The translations under genes and the position numbers were made by a program. 64,000 nt of DNA from Lentisphaerota bacterium (GTDB taxonomy: Bacteria; Verrucomicrobiota; Kiritimatiellia; UBA8416; JAQBFJ01): positions 1,807 through 65,806 of the forward strand of contig JBFZFB010000166.1 in assembly GCA_041306605.1 (NCBI GenBank), in the 5' to 3' direction. Below the pieces are notes generated by a model that ran no database searches, was not told the origin of the DNA, and saw nothing but the letters and a program-made list of their open reading frames with translations. Below are positions 45,886-55,353 of the stretch, one piece after another (the stretch's first letter is position 1; every line of letters starts with the position of its first letter).

Positions 45886-46965
45886 ATGAGAACATTAAGA
45901 ATCGTAACCCCGATATTGGCAGTACTGCTGGCTATAACAGGATGTTCAAAATCTTCCAAGCCAACCGCGTCAAATGAAGCAGACACCGCTTCCCCGCAAC
46001 TGCCACCACCGCCCATAACAGAACTCGCGCCTTCGGACGTTCTGGCTGATGTTGACGGAACAAAGCTTATGGTGGCAGACACAGAAGCTGAGATGGAATA
46101 TCAGCTTTCAACAGTCGGCGACCGCATTCCGCCGGAAAGACTCCCTGCCGCAAAAGACCAGATCCGCAGAACAATTGTAGATCAGTTTGTAATGAAACAA
46201 CTTCTGCTTAACGAAGCCATCCGGAAAAACATCACGGTAACCAAGGAAGATGAAGATAAAGCTTACGAGCAGATCAAGGCTAATCTTCCTCCCGGCAAGA
46301 CAGTGGAAGACATGCTGAAGCGCAGTCCGATAGGTGAAGAGCGGACGCGTGAAGAAATCAAGAACAGCATCAAAATAAACAAACTGTTTGAAGAATGCCT
46401 GGCCACCAATACAAATATACCGGAAGAAGAAATATCAAAGTTCTGCGAAAAGTATAAAGACAGCATGTCAATGCCGGAAACCGTGCATGCCCGGCATATA
46501 TTAATATCCTCATCATCAAATGATACTGAAGTAGTAAAAGCCGAGCAGAAGAAGCTGGCCGAAAATGTGCAGGTACAGCTTGTAGGCGGAAGCAATTTTG
46601 TTGAAATGGCAAAGCAGTATTCAGGCTGTCCCAGCAAGGAAGAAGGCGGTGACCTTGGAACATTCCCGAGAGACAGGATGGTCAAGCAATTCTCTGACGC
46701 CGCGTTCGCTCAGGAAGTCAACGCGATTGGCCCTGTAGTTGAGACAAAATTTGGTTATCATATCATTCAGGTGCTGGAACACAACAGTCCTCAGCCGGTA
46801 TCGCGCGAACGTGCAATAGAAGTGTTGAAAAACCACAAACTTCAGCTTGCCGCCCGCAGTCTTATCGAGGAATTGAGAAGCAAGGCGAAAATCACCTACG
46901 GACAGGGAATGACCCCAATGCCACCGCCGCCAATGCCGGCCGGTGAAGAAATGGAAATTCAGTAA
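45886..46965 (+). CDS. Parvulin-type peptidyl-prolyl cis-trans isomerase (SurA/PrsA-like) lipoprotein
   Basis: Lipobox LAITGCSKSS. Parvulin domain HARHILISS...GGDLGTFPRDRMVKQFSDAAFAQEVNAIGPVVETKFGYHIIQVLE. Confidence 0.75.
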   Translation: MRTLRIVTPILAVLLAITGCSKSSKPTASNEADTASPQLPPPPITELAPSDVLADVDGTKLMVADTEAEMEYQLSTVGDRIPPERLPAAKDQIRRTIVDQFVMKQLLLNEAIRKNITVTKEDEDKAYEQIKANLPPGKTVEDMLKRSPIGEERTREEIKNSIKINKLFEECLATNTNIPEEEISKFCEKYKDSMSMPETVHARHILISSSSNDTEVVKAEQKKLAENVQVQLVGGSNFVEMAKQYSGCPSKEEGGDLGTFPRDRMVKQFSDAAFAQEVNAIGPVVETKFGYHIIQVLEHNSPQPVSRERAIEVLKNHKLQLAARSLIEELRSKAKITYGQGMTPMPPPPMPAGEEMEIQ

Positions 46966-46995
46966 ACGCGTAATTACGCAATGCAACCAACCGGA

Positions 46996-47032
46996 TACTG
47001 CATGATCAAGCCAATGGCATGATCATGCAGTA
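46996..47032. terminator. Perfect 13-bp-stem hairpin between convergent genes (putative bidirectional terminator)
   Basis: TACTGCATGATCA-agccaatggca-TGATCATGCAGTA. No clear T-tract on either side, so intrinsic-terminator function is not certain. Confidence 0.45.
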
Positions 47033-47044
47033 ATGCAGACTTAA

Positions 47045-48073
47045 TCAGACGTTGAAACGGAAGTGGCAGATATCGCCATCCTGCATTATGTATTCTTTCC
47101 CTCTTACGTGTGCCTTGCCCTGTTCTTTCACGGCATGCTCACTGCCGGCGGCCATTAAATCATCGAAATTAATAATTTCAGCGCGGATGAATCCGCGGGC
47201 AATATCGCTGTGTATCTTGCTGGCGGCAACCACTGCCGTAGCCCCCTTGGGAATAGTCCAGGCCCTTACCTCATCAGGGCCCATGGTGTAGAACGACATA
47301 AGTCCCAGCATGTCATAAGCAACCCTGTTCATTCTCTCGGCTCCGGTTGAAGTGAGCCCCAATGCCTTGAGATATTCAGCGCGTTCGGCATCATCCTCGA
47401 TTCTTGCTATTTCACACTCTATATTGCATGCCACAGTGAAAGGATCCATGCCGCTGTCCTTCACATCTTTTTCATCAACATTATAAGTCCATATAGCAGA
47501 TTTCATTGTAAAAAGGCCGAGGCTTTTGATTACTCCGGTTTCCTGTTCATTCAAGCCCAGCTCCTTGACCCACTTTTCCTGCTCAAGCGTTGCGCGGCAC
47601 CTGATTAGAACTTTTTCCTCAAGCACCTGCGCCGGTGTCTGCCCGGCTCTTTTTTCTTTTGTTATTTTATCAAGACGCGTCTCAATCAATTCAAGATCAG
47701 CCAGCAGTAATTCAGCTTCCAGATTGCGCCTGTCGCGGGCGGCATCAACCGATCCGCCGGGATGATACACACTTTCGCTCGTGAACGCCCTTACCACCAT
47801 GCACAGCAGATCGCATTTCCGCGATTCTTCAATCCATTCACGCTTGGGACTGCCCATCTTTATATCCGGACACAATACAAATATTGTTTCGGCGTATTTT
47901 ATCTTCTCGGGATTGCAAACCTTTGCTATTGCGGGAATGCGCGGATCCCTGACTATCGCCTTGCCCTCCACGCTTTCACCTTCTTTGATTCCTGCTGAAA
48001 TATTACGCCCAGTTAAAAGGGAAAAAAGCGTCTTCTTGCCAGACTGTTCAAAGCCTAATAATGCTATTTTCAC
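47045..48073 (-). CDS. ychF: Ribosome-binding ATPase YchF (Obg-family)
   Basis: N-terminal P-loop LLGFEQSGKKTLFSLLTG (degenerate). The C-terminal TGS domain VRAWTIPKGATAVVAASKIHSDIARGFIRAEIINFDDL...GKEYIMQDGDICHFRFNV is near-identical in pattern to canonical YchF. Confidence 0.8.
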   Translation of the reverse strand: MKIALLGFEQSGKKTLFSLLTGRNISAGIKEGESVEGKAIVRDPRIPAIAKVCNPEKIKYAETIFVLCPDIKMGSPKREWIEESRKCDLLCMVVRAFTSESVYHPGGSVDAARDRRNLEAELLLADLELIETRLDKITKEKRAGQTPAQVLEEKVLIRCRATLEQEKWVKELGLNEQETGVIKSLGLFTMKSAIWTYNVDEKDVKDSGMDPFTVACNIECEIARIEDDAERAEYLKALGLTSTGAERMNRVAYDMLGLMSFYTMGPDEVRAWTIPKGATAVVAASKIHSDIARGFIRAEIINFDDLMAAGSEHAVKEQGKAHVRGKEYIMQDGDICHFRFNV

Positions 48074-48166
48074 GTTAACAATCCCCCGAAAATAAGGACA
48101 AAAACATCCGTTATCACGACCCCATCTGAGATTTACGCCGAACCCCGGGAAACTGCATAAATTCCA

Positions 48167-49669
48167 TCATTCGATGGATTTTGAGAATTTATCCAGCTTC
48201 CATAAGCCCTTGACCTGTTTCCCGTTAGGATAAATGTACAACCCTTCCCCGTCCTTTTTACCGTCCACGAAATCTCCGCGATATTCCGCGCCGTCTCCAT
48301 ACACATACGAGCCCTTGCCGTGCCGCTTGCCATCCTTGAATTCGCCTACGTATTTTGAACCGTCAGAAAAGATATACGTGCCCTTCCCGTTCCGCAGATC
48401 ATTTTCAAAACCGCCTTTATACACATCACCGTTTTCAAAGGAGAACTGTCCATTGCCCTGTTTTAAACCATTAGAAAAATCGCCTATGTATTTATTGCCG
48501 TTGGAATACCAGATCGTCCCTTTTCCGCCCATCAAGCCATTAAGGACTTCTCCTTCATACTTGTCGCCGTTCTTGAACTCCACTATTCCGCGGCCCGTCA
48601 TCATGTCGTTTTCAAAATCGCCTGTATATTTATCGCCGTTATCATGAACAAACGTGCCCTTCCCGTTTTTCACACCACGCTCAAAATCGCCCTCGTACTT
48701 ATCACCGTTAGCGTAGGAATAAACACCCCATCCATGAAACAGCCCGTCCTGAATTCCGCCCTCATATTTTTCACCGTTAGGCAGCATCACCACGGAAGAA
48801 CCGTCTCCATTATTTACTGATGAAACACCCGGCTCCCGCTCTGTTGGCGCTATATCATCTTCCGTAGGGGAGACAGCGGCCGCGGCAACATTTGACAGCT
48901 CTGTTGTATTTATGCTTTCTGAAGAACTGGTTACAGCAACATCGGCTGGACTGCTGCCGGAGACAACCGCGGACACAGACACTTCCGGTGTTTCCTGTTT
49001 TTCAGCAACTGTTTCCGCCATGCCGGTGGACGACACCGTCATTTTGTCAGTGTCAGGGCTTGCTGCAGATTCCACCAGAGCCCTGTATTTTGTCCTTTCC
49101 CGCTCCAATTCCTTCCGCATTTCAGCTGTTTTATCGCTTATCTCTTTAAGCTGGGCCTTCATGCTCAAAATGGCCTGCTCGTCTTCTTTGTCGTTCGCGG
49201 AAATCCATTTGCCGAACCGTTCAAGATTATTTCTAAGAACCAGATCTTTTTTGCTTTGAACAGTTTCCACCTTCTCGACAAGCCCTTTTATTTCTTCATT
49301 GCCTTCTGACAGGCCACTGATCTTGTTCAGTATTCCATCCATTTCCGCTGTATACACCGCGGTTTGCGCCTGAACTCCATTAACAATATCCGTGGCCTGT
49401 CCGAGATTTTTCAGAACAAATATACTGATGGAAATGAATATGGAGAGAACGAGAAACACGGTTAAAAGAAATATGCCGCTGATCCAAAGCAACGCCTTTC
49501 TGTTGCGGCTCCGCTCGGTTTCAACATAGCGCTGAACCAGAGTCATGGTGACTACAGGATCAAGCACTCTAGGCAAAGTATGCCCGTCAGGGGTGGTTAA
49601 AACACCTTCTTCGGCATTATCTTTATAATTTTCCTGATCTGCTTTATTCATTTCACCCAACTTGCACAC
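48167..49669 (-). CDS. Membrane-anchored coiled-coil protein with C-terminal MORN repeats
   Basis: N-terminal TM, long coiled coil, then about 8 tandem YxGxxxxGxxxGxG repeats (YEGDFERGVKNGKGTFVHDNGDKYTGDFENDMMTGRGI...). Confidence 0.75.
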   Translation of the reverse strand: MCKLGEMNKADQENYKDNAEEGVLTTPDGHTLPRVLDPVVTMTLVQRYVETERSRNRKALLWISGIFLLTVFLVLSIFISISIFVLKNLGQATDIVNGVQAQTAVYTAEMDGILNKISGLSEGNEEIKGLVEKVETVQSKKDLVLRNNLERFGKWISANDKEDEQAILSMKAQLKEISDKTAEMRKELERERTKYRALVESAASPDTDKMTVSSTGMAETVAEKQETPEVSVSAVVSGSSPADVAVTSSSESINTTELSNVAAAAVSPTEDDIAPTEREPGVSSVNNGDGSSVVMLPNGEKYEGGIQDGLFHGWGVYSYANGDKYEGDFERGVKNGKGTFVHDNGDKYTGDFENDMMTGRGIVEFKNGDKYEGEVLNGLMGGKGTIWYSNGNKYIGDFSNGLKQGNGQFSFENGDVYKGGFENDLRNGKGTYIFSDGSKYVGEFKDGKRHGKGSYVYGDGAEYRGDFVDGKKDGEGLYIYPNGKQVKGLWKLDKFSKSIE

Positions 49670-49728
49670 ACATCAAACACGCCGGAAAACATGCAAAGAC
49701 AGATTCTCTTCCGGTACAGAAATTAAAC

Positions 49729-50349
49729 TTAATTCTGAGGAGCAACCGCTTCCTGAGTTTCTGATCCGGCTTCTACACCAGCTTCTGCTCCGCCTTCTTC
49801 CAGCATTACTATTTTGCTCAGCAATATAGATCCAGTCACTTGGCTTTTAGTCTTTCCGGGGCTCAACGTCAACAATGAAACCCTCAACATGCCCGGCGCT
49901 GTCTGCGCCAGATGAAGAAATCTGACCAAATTTGGCATTTCCGCCTGAAAACCATTAAGCTCCACAGCATACTCAACGTAATACTTTGTGATCACGGGTT
50001 CATGATGCTTCGTGGCCGGCTCGCTGATTCCCGCCTGAACGGCCAAATCATAGACCTGGCCCATTAATTCGTCCATTATCGTTGTCTTGGCCGACAACGG
50101 AGCTCTTGGCATTTCAACACTGCTTTCTTCGTATTCCTTGGTTATATTGCTCATACCCTGAAGGACGCATTTGCTGTACCGGCTTTCATTTTCTTTTTTC
50201 TCTATATCCCTGCCAAGTTCATTCAGTCTTTTCTCCAGCCCCAAGACAACCACCTGATTAACAAGCCATAAAAACAGGCTGATACCCGCGACCATCAGTC
50301 CGATCTTCTCGCGTTCTGAAAGTTTTGCCAATGTCTTCTCGAAAATCAT
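49729..50349 (-). CDS. Putative T2SS/T4P assembly protein (PilO/GspM-like bitopic membrane protein)
   Basis: 206 aa, single N-terminal TM (KIGLMVAGISLFLWLV), coiled coil and periplasmic domain. Placed between PilM/N and the MORN protein in the secretion operon. Call is by context. Confidence 0.35.
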   Translation of the reverse strand: MIFEKTLAKLSEREKIGLMVAGISLFLWLVNQVVVLGLEKRLNELGRDIEKKENESRYSKCVLQGMSNITKEYEESSVEMPRAPLSAKTTIMDELMGQVYDLAVQAGISEPATKHHEPVITKYYVEYAVELNGFQAEMPNLVRFLHLAQTAPGMLRVSLLTLSPGKTKSQVTGSILLSKIVMLEEGGAEAGVEAGSETQEAVAPQN

Positions 50350-51800
50350 TATTGCTTCTCCAGTAAACAGCTGACCGTAAACCTCAATCTCCGGTTTTCC
50401 GGCACTGCTGTTCCAACCTGTTGCGCCCCGCGGAACAATGGTGACTGTTCCAGTTTGCCTACAAGACTGCGGATATCAGGGATACTGCCGCATGTTCCTT
50501 CAATCAAAGCACTGCCCTTGGCAATATCTATGTTCATTTTGTCAAAATAGAGTTCTTCAGGTGCGCAATTATTTATTTCTGAAATCAAATTCAAAGCGCT
50601 GAGTCTGGTATCTTCCCTCACGCGCGAAATGTTAAGCATTTCCTTCATTTTCTCAATACGCTGAACATCAGGCTTCGACTTCTCCACCTCCTCCGTCAAT
50701 ACCGACAACTGATTTTTAGTCAGGTAGAGCTTCAGAATTCCATACATGGACGCCATTACAAGGAATGTCATCAAAAAGATTACAAACAGTGTAAGATTTT
50801 TCGTCTTCTCAAGTAATTCCCTTTTAAGCTTGATCGTGTCGGGAATCAAATTGAACTGCAGGGTTTCAGTATCCATCGCCATGCCGACAAGCGGGGTAAT
50901 GGATACCGGGCGATACTTGGGGTCGCGAAGCGAAGGGCTCTCAGGAATATTTTTAAGACTTCTTGCACAGTCCTTGACCTCGACTGAAACACCCAGTTCC
51001 TGACCGAGATAATTGCTCAAACCCTCAACATTGGAGCTGGCCCCTGAAATCAATAATTTGCCTGCCTCCACACCGCGCTCGGTGGCACAGCTTTCCAGAG
51101 AAAGCTTCACTTCCCGCGCGAATTTTTCCTTCCATTTATCATACTCATTCAGCAGTTGATTGGCCCCGATCATTATACTGCGGGTAAATATCATGCTTCC
51201 GCGAATAACCACCGAAAAATCGGAATAGAATGAGTCTATATCCAGCAGTGCCACTTCGCCGCTGGCTCCGGCTGAATCGGAAAGTGAATGGACGCACCAG
51301 TTCAATATGCCTTCCGAACTGATTGTCATCCTTCCCACTTCCAGGCCAGCCGCCTCGATAACATCATAGCGCTCTCTCAAAATATTGCGCTGTACAATAG
51401 CCAGCAGAAGCTTTGTATATCCTTCCTGATCTGATTCAAAAGTCCGGTAACCCGAAATGATTTCATCTTTGGAATAAGGCGTCTGCTTGCCTATTTGGAG
51501 CTCGAGCATATCGGCGATTTCATCAGGCTCAACTGACGGCAGTTCCAGAATGCGAATATTCACCAGCTGTCTGGGCAGACACGCCACAACCGGAACTTTA
51601 GCTATCTTGAGCCTCTTGCACGCATCCGCCAGCGATGCCGCGACGGACATATTCAAAAAATCAAACTTTTCCAGATGCATTCTGGATATGGCAATACCGC
51701 CCTGCGCAGATTCAACCTGAACAAGCTTAAGCCAGTCATTACCTATTTCAACCAGAACGATCTGTTTTGCAGAGATCGGTTTTTTATTTTTAATACTCAT
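50349..51800 (-). CDS. PilM-PilN fusion (actin-like ATPase domain plus TM/PilN-like tail)
   Basis: The ORF track gives 50349..51845. Preferred start is ATG about 51800 (MSIKNKKPISAKQIVLVEIGNDWLKLVQV, typical PilM N-terminus). C-terminal TM segment LFVIFLMTFLVMASMYGIL followed by a PilN-like domain. Confidence 0.6.
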   Translation of the reverse strand: MSIKNKKPISAKQIVLVEIGNDWLKLVQVESAQGGIAISRMHLEKFDFLNMSVAASLADACKRLKIAKVPVVACLPRQLVNIRILELPSVEPDEIADMLELQIGKQTPYSKDEIISGYRTFESDQEGYTKLLLAIVQRNILRERYDVIEAAGLEVGRMTISSEGILNWCVHSLSDSAGASGEVALLDIDSFYSDFSVVIRGSMIFTRSIMIGANQLLNEYDKWKEKFAREVKLSLESCATERGVEAGKLLISGASSNVEGLSNYLGQELGVSVEVKDCARSLKNIPESPSLRDPKYRPVSITPLVGMAMDTETLQFNLIPDTIKLKRELLEKTKNLTLFVIFLMTFLVMASMYGILKLYLTKNQLSVLTEEVEKSKPDVQRIEKMKEMLNISRVREDTRLSALNLISEINNCAPEELYFDKMNIDIAKGSALIEGTCGSIPDIRSLVGKLEQSPLFRGAQQVGTAVPENRRLRFTVSCLLEKQ

Positions 51801-52506
51801 GCCAGTAAAGTATCTTCCTTCTATTGCGGTCCCACACAAAAGCAATGCGACTGTCGGCAGTTTCCTTTTTTCCTGTTTTGCCTAACGCCACGCCTTCAAA
51901 GCAATTACCCTTATATACAGTAATATAAGGTTCAATTTGAGTAAATGTTTCCAGGCCCATGCCCGGAACCAGCAATAATTCATATATAGATTCAAACTTG
52001 CCGTTTACATCCTGAAGTGTCAATGTTTTCTTGTTCTGTCTGTATTCCATTACGGCATCATTTATTTTCAGTGCCGGCCCGGTGCCTATTTTCTCCTCCA
52101 GTAATGCCTTAAAATCGCTTAAATTATTGATATTTGTTTTGCATGACAGGGCGATAACACCTTGATTTGTTTCTGACCTTCCATCGGCAGACCGCACAGA
52201 AACAACCGAAAAACGGCCATAACCGGCAATTTCACTGTCTTTGCTCCAATATTCTGAAGTTGTTCCGGACCAGTCATTGGTAGTGCCTGTTTCTAAAGCG
52301 AATATAGCCCTTTCAATGCCGCACCGGGCAAGATAATAGGCTGTTGTACTGTCCCGCAGCGCGGTTGCGCGTCTTATGGCGGCCGACACATGCGCGCCAA
52401 CAGCCATCGCTAAGGCGCCAAGAAAGAAAAGCGTCCAAAGCGCTAAAATCAAAACACTGCCGCGCTCCGCCGCACAACCGGCTCTATTGTCACTGTCTTT
52501 TATCAT
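51790..52506 (-). CDS. GspK-like minor pseudopilin
   Basis: N-terminal RGSVLILALWTLFFLGALAMAV, as in GspK (no prepilin F/E motif, large periplasmic domain). Confidence 0.5.
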   Translation of the reverse strand: MIKDSDNRAGCAAERGSVLILALWTLFFLGALAMAVGAHVSAAIRRATALRDSTTAYYLARCGIERAIFALETGTTNDWSGTTSEYWSKDSEIAGYGRFSVVSVRSADGRSETNQGVIALSCKTNINNLSDFKALLEEKIGTGPALKINDAVMEYRQNKKTLTLQDVNGKFESIYELLLVPGMGLETFTQIEPYITVYKGNCFEGVALGKTGKKETADSRIAFVWDRNRRKILYWHEY

Positions 52507-53183
52507 TTGAGATTCCTTACAGGGAGCACCACTGTACGATCAACGCTGACAACACTCTCCCCGTCCAAAAGTGATAATTCTATTTTGACCATATCAGGAA
52601 AATTAGTTGCCACGCCCTGCCAGATACCGGTCTGTTTTTTCACATAGACACCCGTCCCGGCATCAGGCTGATTATCTTCCTCCGGAAGGAAGTAATAGGT
52701 GATATTAATGTCGCCGAGATTGGCTATAATCTCCTCGCCGTGCTCATCCCCGGAACCAGACGGATACGCCTGTTCCCTTCGCATTAAACTTTTTTTATTA
52801 TCATTATTGCTGAAAAAATATTTTATCGTACCGATTCTTGGAACATCATTTGCATCTGTTTTCTCATAGTCTGCTTCAATCAATCCCGGAAAAGACATTT
52901 CCCTCTGTTTCCCGTCAAAACTGATTTCATAAAAGCTGAAAGCGTTCATCAGATCTTTTTCTATTATTCTCAAACCCACCATGGCGTCGGCCGTAACAGT
53001 GTCAAATGTACGCGCTCTTTCCCATACGCGGATTCCTCCCGCCAGGCAGGCGGCTATAGATCCGGTAACAACAGCCAGAATACTTAGCGCGACCAGCAAT
53101 TCTATCAACGTAAAGCCTCCGGCCCAGCGGCGGCCGGATCGCTTACCTGTCAGTTTTTGCCTGTTATTACAGATGTTTTTCAT
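52503..53183 (-). CDS. Minor pseudopilin (GspJ-like), prepilin-type N-terminal methylation motif
   Basis: GGFTLIELLVALSILAVV prepilin cleavage/methylation motif. Confidence 0.55.
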   Translation of the reverse strand: MKNICNNRQKLTGKRSGRRWAGGFTLIELLVALSILAVVTGSIAACLAGGIRVWERARTFDTVTADAMVGLRIIEKDLMNAFSFYEISFDGKQREMSFPGLIEADYEKTDANDVPRIGTIKYFFSNNDNKKSLMRREQAYPSGSGDEHGEEIIANLGDINITYYFLPEEDNQPDAGTGVYVKKQTGIWQGVATNFPDMVKIELSLLDGESVVSVDRTVVLPVRNLK

Positions 53184-53623
53184 TATCTCGAATCCGTTGA
53201 TTTACGGCCTTTTATATATGTAACCGCCGAGTAATTTTTCCCGGAAACCTTGCGCGCGACTGCAACCGATACTTCATAAAGAGCATCGCCCGGCACGTTG
53301 GTGTTTTTATCATCAGAAATCAAAACGACATCAACGCGCCCTTCAAAATCATCCCGACCGGAAAAAGATTCTTTCAGAGACATCGGGTTTATTTCCCTAT
53401 CCTCCATAACTTTGGTGTATATTTCGGACATTTTGTTTCTGATGATAATGTCGGCACGGACGATATCCCGCGTATTAGCAAGAGCTACAAGTGCCGTTTG
53501 AAATGTCTGGAGAATGGCGGTAATGCCAACGGCCAGAATCACCACCGTAACGAGAACCTCTATCAGCGTAAAGCCGTTTTTTCTGTTCACCGGTTTACTC
53601 TTCCTGCCAGTTACCCACGTCAT
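53183..53623 (-). CDS. Minor pseudopilin (GspH/I-like), prepilin-type N-terminal motif
   Basis: NGFTLIEVLVTVVILAVGI. The ORF track extends to 53752, but that overlaps gspG. An internal start (about 53623, MTWVTG...) is likely and its exact position is uncertain. Confidence 0.5.
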   Translation of the reverse strand: MTWVTGRKSKPVNRKNGFTLIEVLVTVVILAVGITAILQTFQTALVALANTRDIVRADIIIRNKMSEIYTKVMEDREINPMSLKESFSGRDDFEGRVDVVLISDDKNTNVPGDALYEVSVAVARKVSGKNYSAVTYIKGRKSTDSR

Positions 53624-54011
53624 CTTCCACGCTTTGCTCATCCGGTCCGTTTGACCACAGGTCAAAGCCGCCCACGTTGCGCGTTCCCGGGAATTTGTAC
53701 TGATAACTTTTCCCCCATGGATCAACGGCTTTTTTCTCAAGATACGGGCCACTCCAGCTCCGCGCTGATGCCGGCTTGCTCATCAACGCTGAGAGCCCTT
53801 CCTGCGAAGAGGGATAACAATCGTTATTAAGACGGTATAATTGAAGGGCCAGCGTTATATTTGATATATCGCCCTGTGCAATTTTCTTTTTGGCCTCAGT
53901 GGAAACAGGCCATATTTTGGGAAGAACCATTCCAGCCAAAGCCGCGATTATGATAACCACAACCATAAGCTCAATCAGCGTAAAACCTTTATTTTTACTT
54001 CCTTTTTTCAT
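53595..54011 (-). CDS. gspG: Major pseudopilin GspG
   Basis: MKKGSKNKGFTLIELMVVVIIIAALAGMVLP, plus a C-terminal ...GPYL...DPWG..Y.Y...G...F.L.S.G.D pattern typical of GspG. Confidence 0.75.
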   Translation of the reverse strand: MKKGSKNKGFTLIELMVVVIIIAALAGMVLPKIWPVSTEAKKKIAQGDISNITLALQLYRLNNDCYPSSQEGLSALMSKPASARSWSGPYLEKKAVDPWGKSYQYKFPGTRNVGGFDLWSNGPDEQSVEDDVGNWQEE

Positions 54012-54125
54012 GGAACATTCCTCTCGAAAACCTTTTAAATTAAGGATATTTCATCCCTTTTTACTGCTAATTCAAGGCTGTATTCTACCATATATCAAGT
54101 TATCAGCAAATAGATATTCTCTCTA

Positions 54126-55325
54126 TTATAATGCTGAACCAATCTTAAATATGGGCATTAACATTGCCGCAACAATAAAACCGACAACTGCGCCTACCAC
54201 CAGAATAAGAATCGGCTCCAGAAGCGAGACAGCCATTCTGCTCTGCCGCTCAACTTCCTTTTCATAGAAAGACGCTACTTCCTCCAGAACTTCTTCAAGC
54301 CTGCCTGCTTCCTCTCCCACGGCGGTCATATTGGAGACAAACGCGGGAAAATATTGTGTTTTCGCCAGGCATGCTGATATGGACGCTCCCTGCTGTATCG
54401 CGTCATGCCGCACTTTATCTATCTCCGCGCGCAGCACGGTATTACGCAAAGCGCCGGAACTGAGCTCAAGGGCTTTTCCTATTGAAATGCCCGCATCTAT
54501 CAGCAGTGAAAGAGTTCTAGCGAAACGGGCTATGTCGGCATCCCGTATGAATCTGCTTACAATAGGCAATTGAAGCTTTATCTGATCAAAAAACATTTTT
54601 CCCGTCTCCATGGAAGACATCCTTCTGGAAATAGCTATCAGCAGAATCACTATAATGCACAACCAATACCAGTAATTTGAAAAGAAATCACTGATGCCTA
54701 TCAGTATCCGGGTTGGCAAAGGAAGACTGCTGGTACCCTGAAAAAGCTCCACCATGCGCGGAAGAAAAAATGTAAGAAGCGCGAAAACAGTTGCCAGACC
54801 AACCACTATTATCAATATCGGATAAGCCATCGCGGACTGAACATTCCGCCGTGTTTCCTCCTCTTTCTCGAGCGCTTCGGCCAATCGCAGAAGAATTTCA
54901 TCCAGAATACCGGCCGATTCGCCGGAACGCACCATATTCACATACAGCTCCGGAAACTGGTCGGGATATTTCGATAAAGCGCTTGAAAGCATATTTCCAT
55001 CACGCACACTGCCTTCAAGGTCATTAACCACATGCTGGAGATTTTTATTTTCGGTTTGACGGGAAACTGTGGTCAACGCTTTCAAAATCGGAACACGCGA
55101 CTTGGTCAAGCTGGCCAACTGGCGCGTAAAAATATTTATATCTCTCTGGCTGATTCGCCTGTTCCGCAGACTTCTGACGAACCCGGTATCATCATATTCT
55201 TTTATCCATATCGGGCTGTAACCCCTCGCATCCAGTTCAGCAACCGCGTCGGCACGCGATTCCACTTCCAGTTCGCCCTCAACAGTTTTCCCGGGGCCGT
55301 CTTTAGCTTTGTAAAGAAATTTCAT
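54126..55325 (-). CDS. gspF: Type II secretion / type IV pilus platform protein GspF/PilC
   Basis: 399 aa, two T2SSF repeats, 3 TM segments, typical N-terminus (MKFLYKAKDGPGKTVEGELE...). Confidence 0.85.
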   Translation of the reverse strand: MKFLYKAKDGPGKTVEGELEVESRADAVAELDARGYSPIWIKEYDDTGFVRSLRNRRISQRDINIFTRQLASLTKSRVPILKALTTVSRQTENKNLQHVVNDLEGSVRDGNMLSSALSKYPDQFPELYVNMVRSGESAGILDEILLRLAEALEKEEETRRNVQSAMAYPILIIVVGLATVFALLTFFLPRMVELFQGTSSLPLPTRILIGISDFFSNYWYWLCIIVILLIAISRRMSSMETGKMFFDQIKLQLPIVSRFIRDADIARFARTLSLLIDAGISIGKALELSSGALRNTVLRAEIDKVRHDAIQQGASISACLAKTQYFPAFVSNMTAVGEEAGRLEEVLEEVASFYEKEVERQSRMAVSLLEPILILVVGAVVGFIVAAMLMPIFKIGSAL

Positions 55326-55353
55326 GGTTTTCTTTTAAACGCATGTTATGGAA

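Noticed and set aside
53183-53752. Full-length 189-aa ORF for the GspH/I-like pseudopilin
   Set aside because: The 5' 130 nt overlap the 3' end of gspG in another frame. The prepilin motif begins ~50 codons in, so an internal start is far more plausible than the longest ORF.
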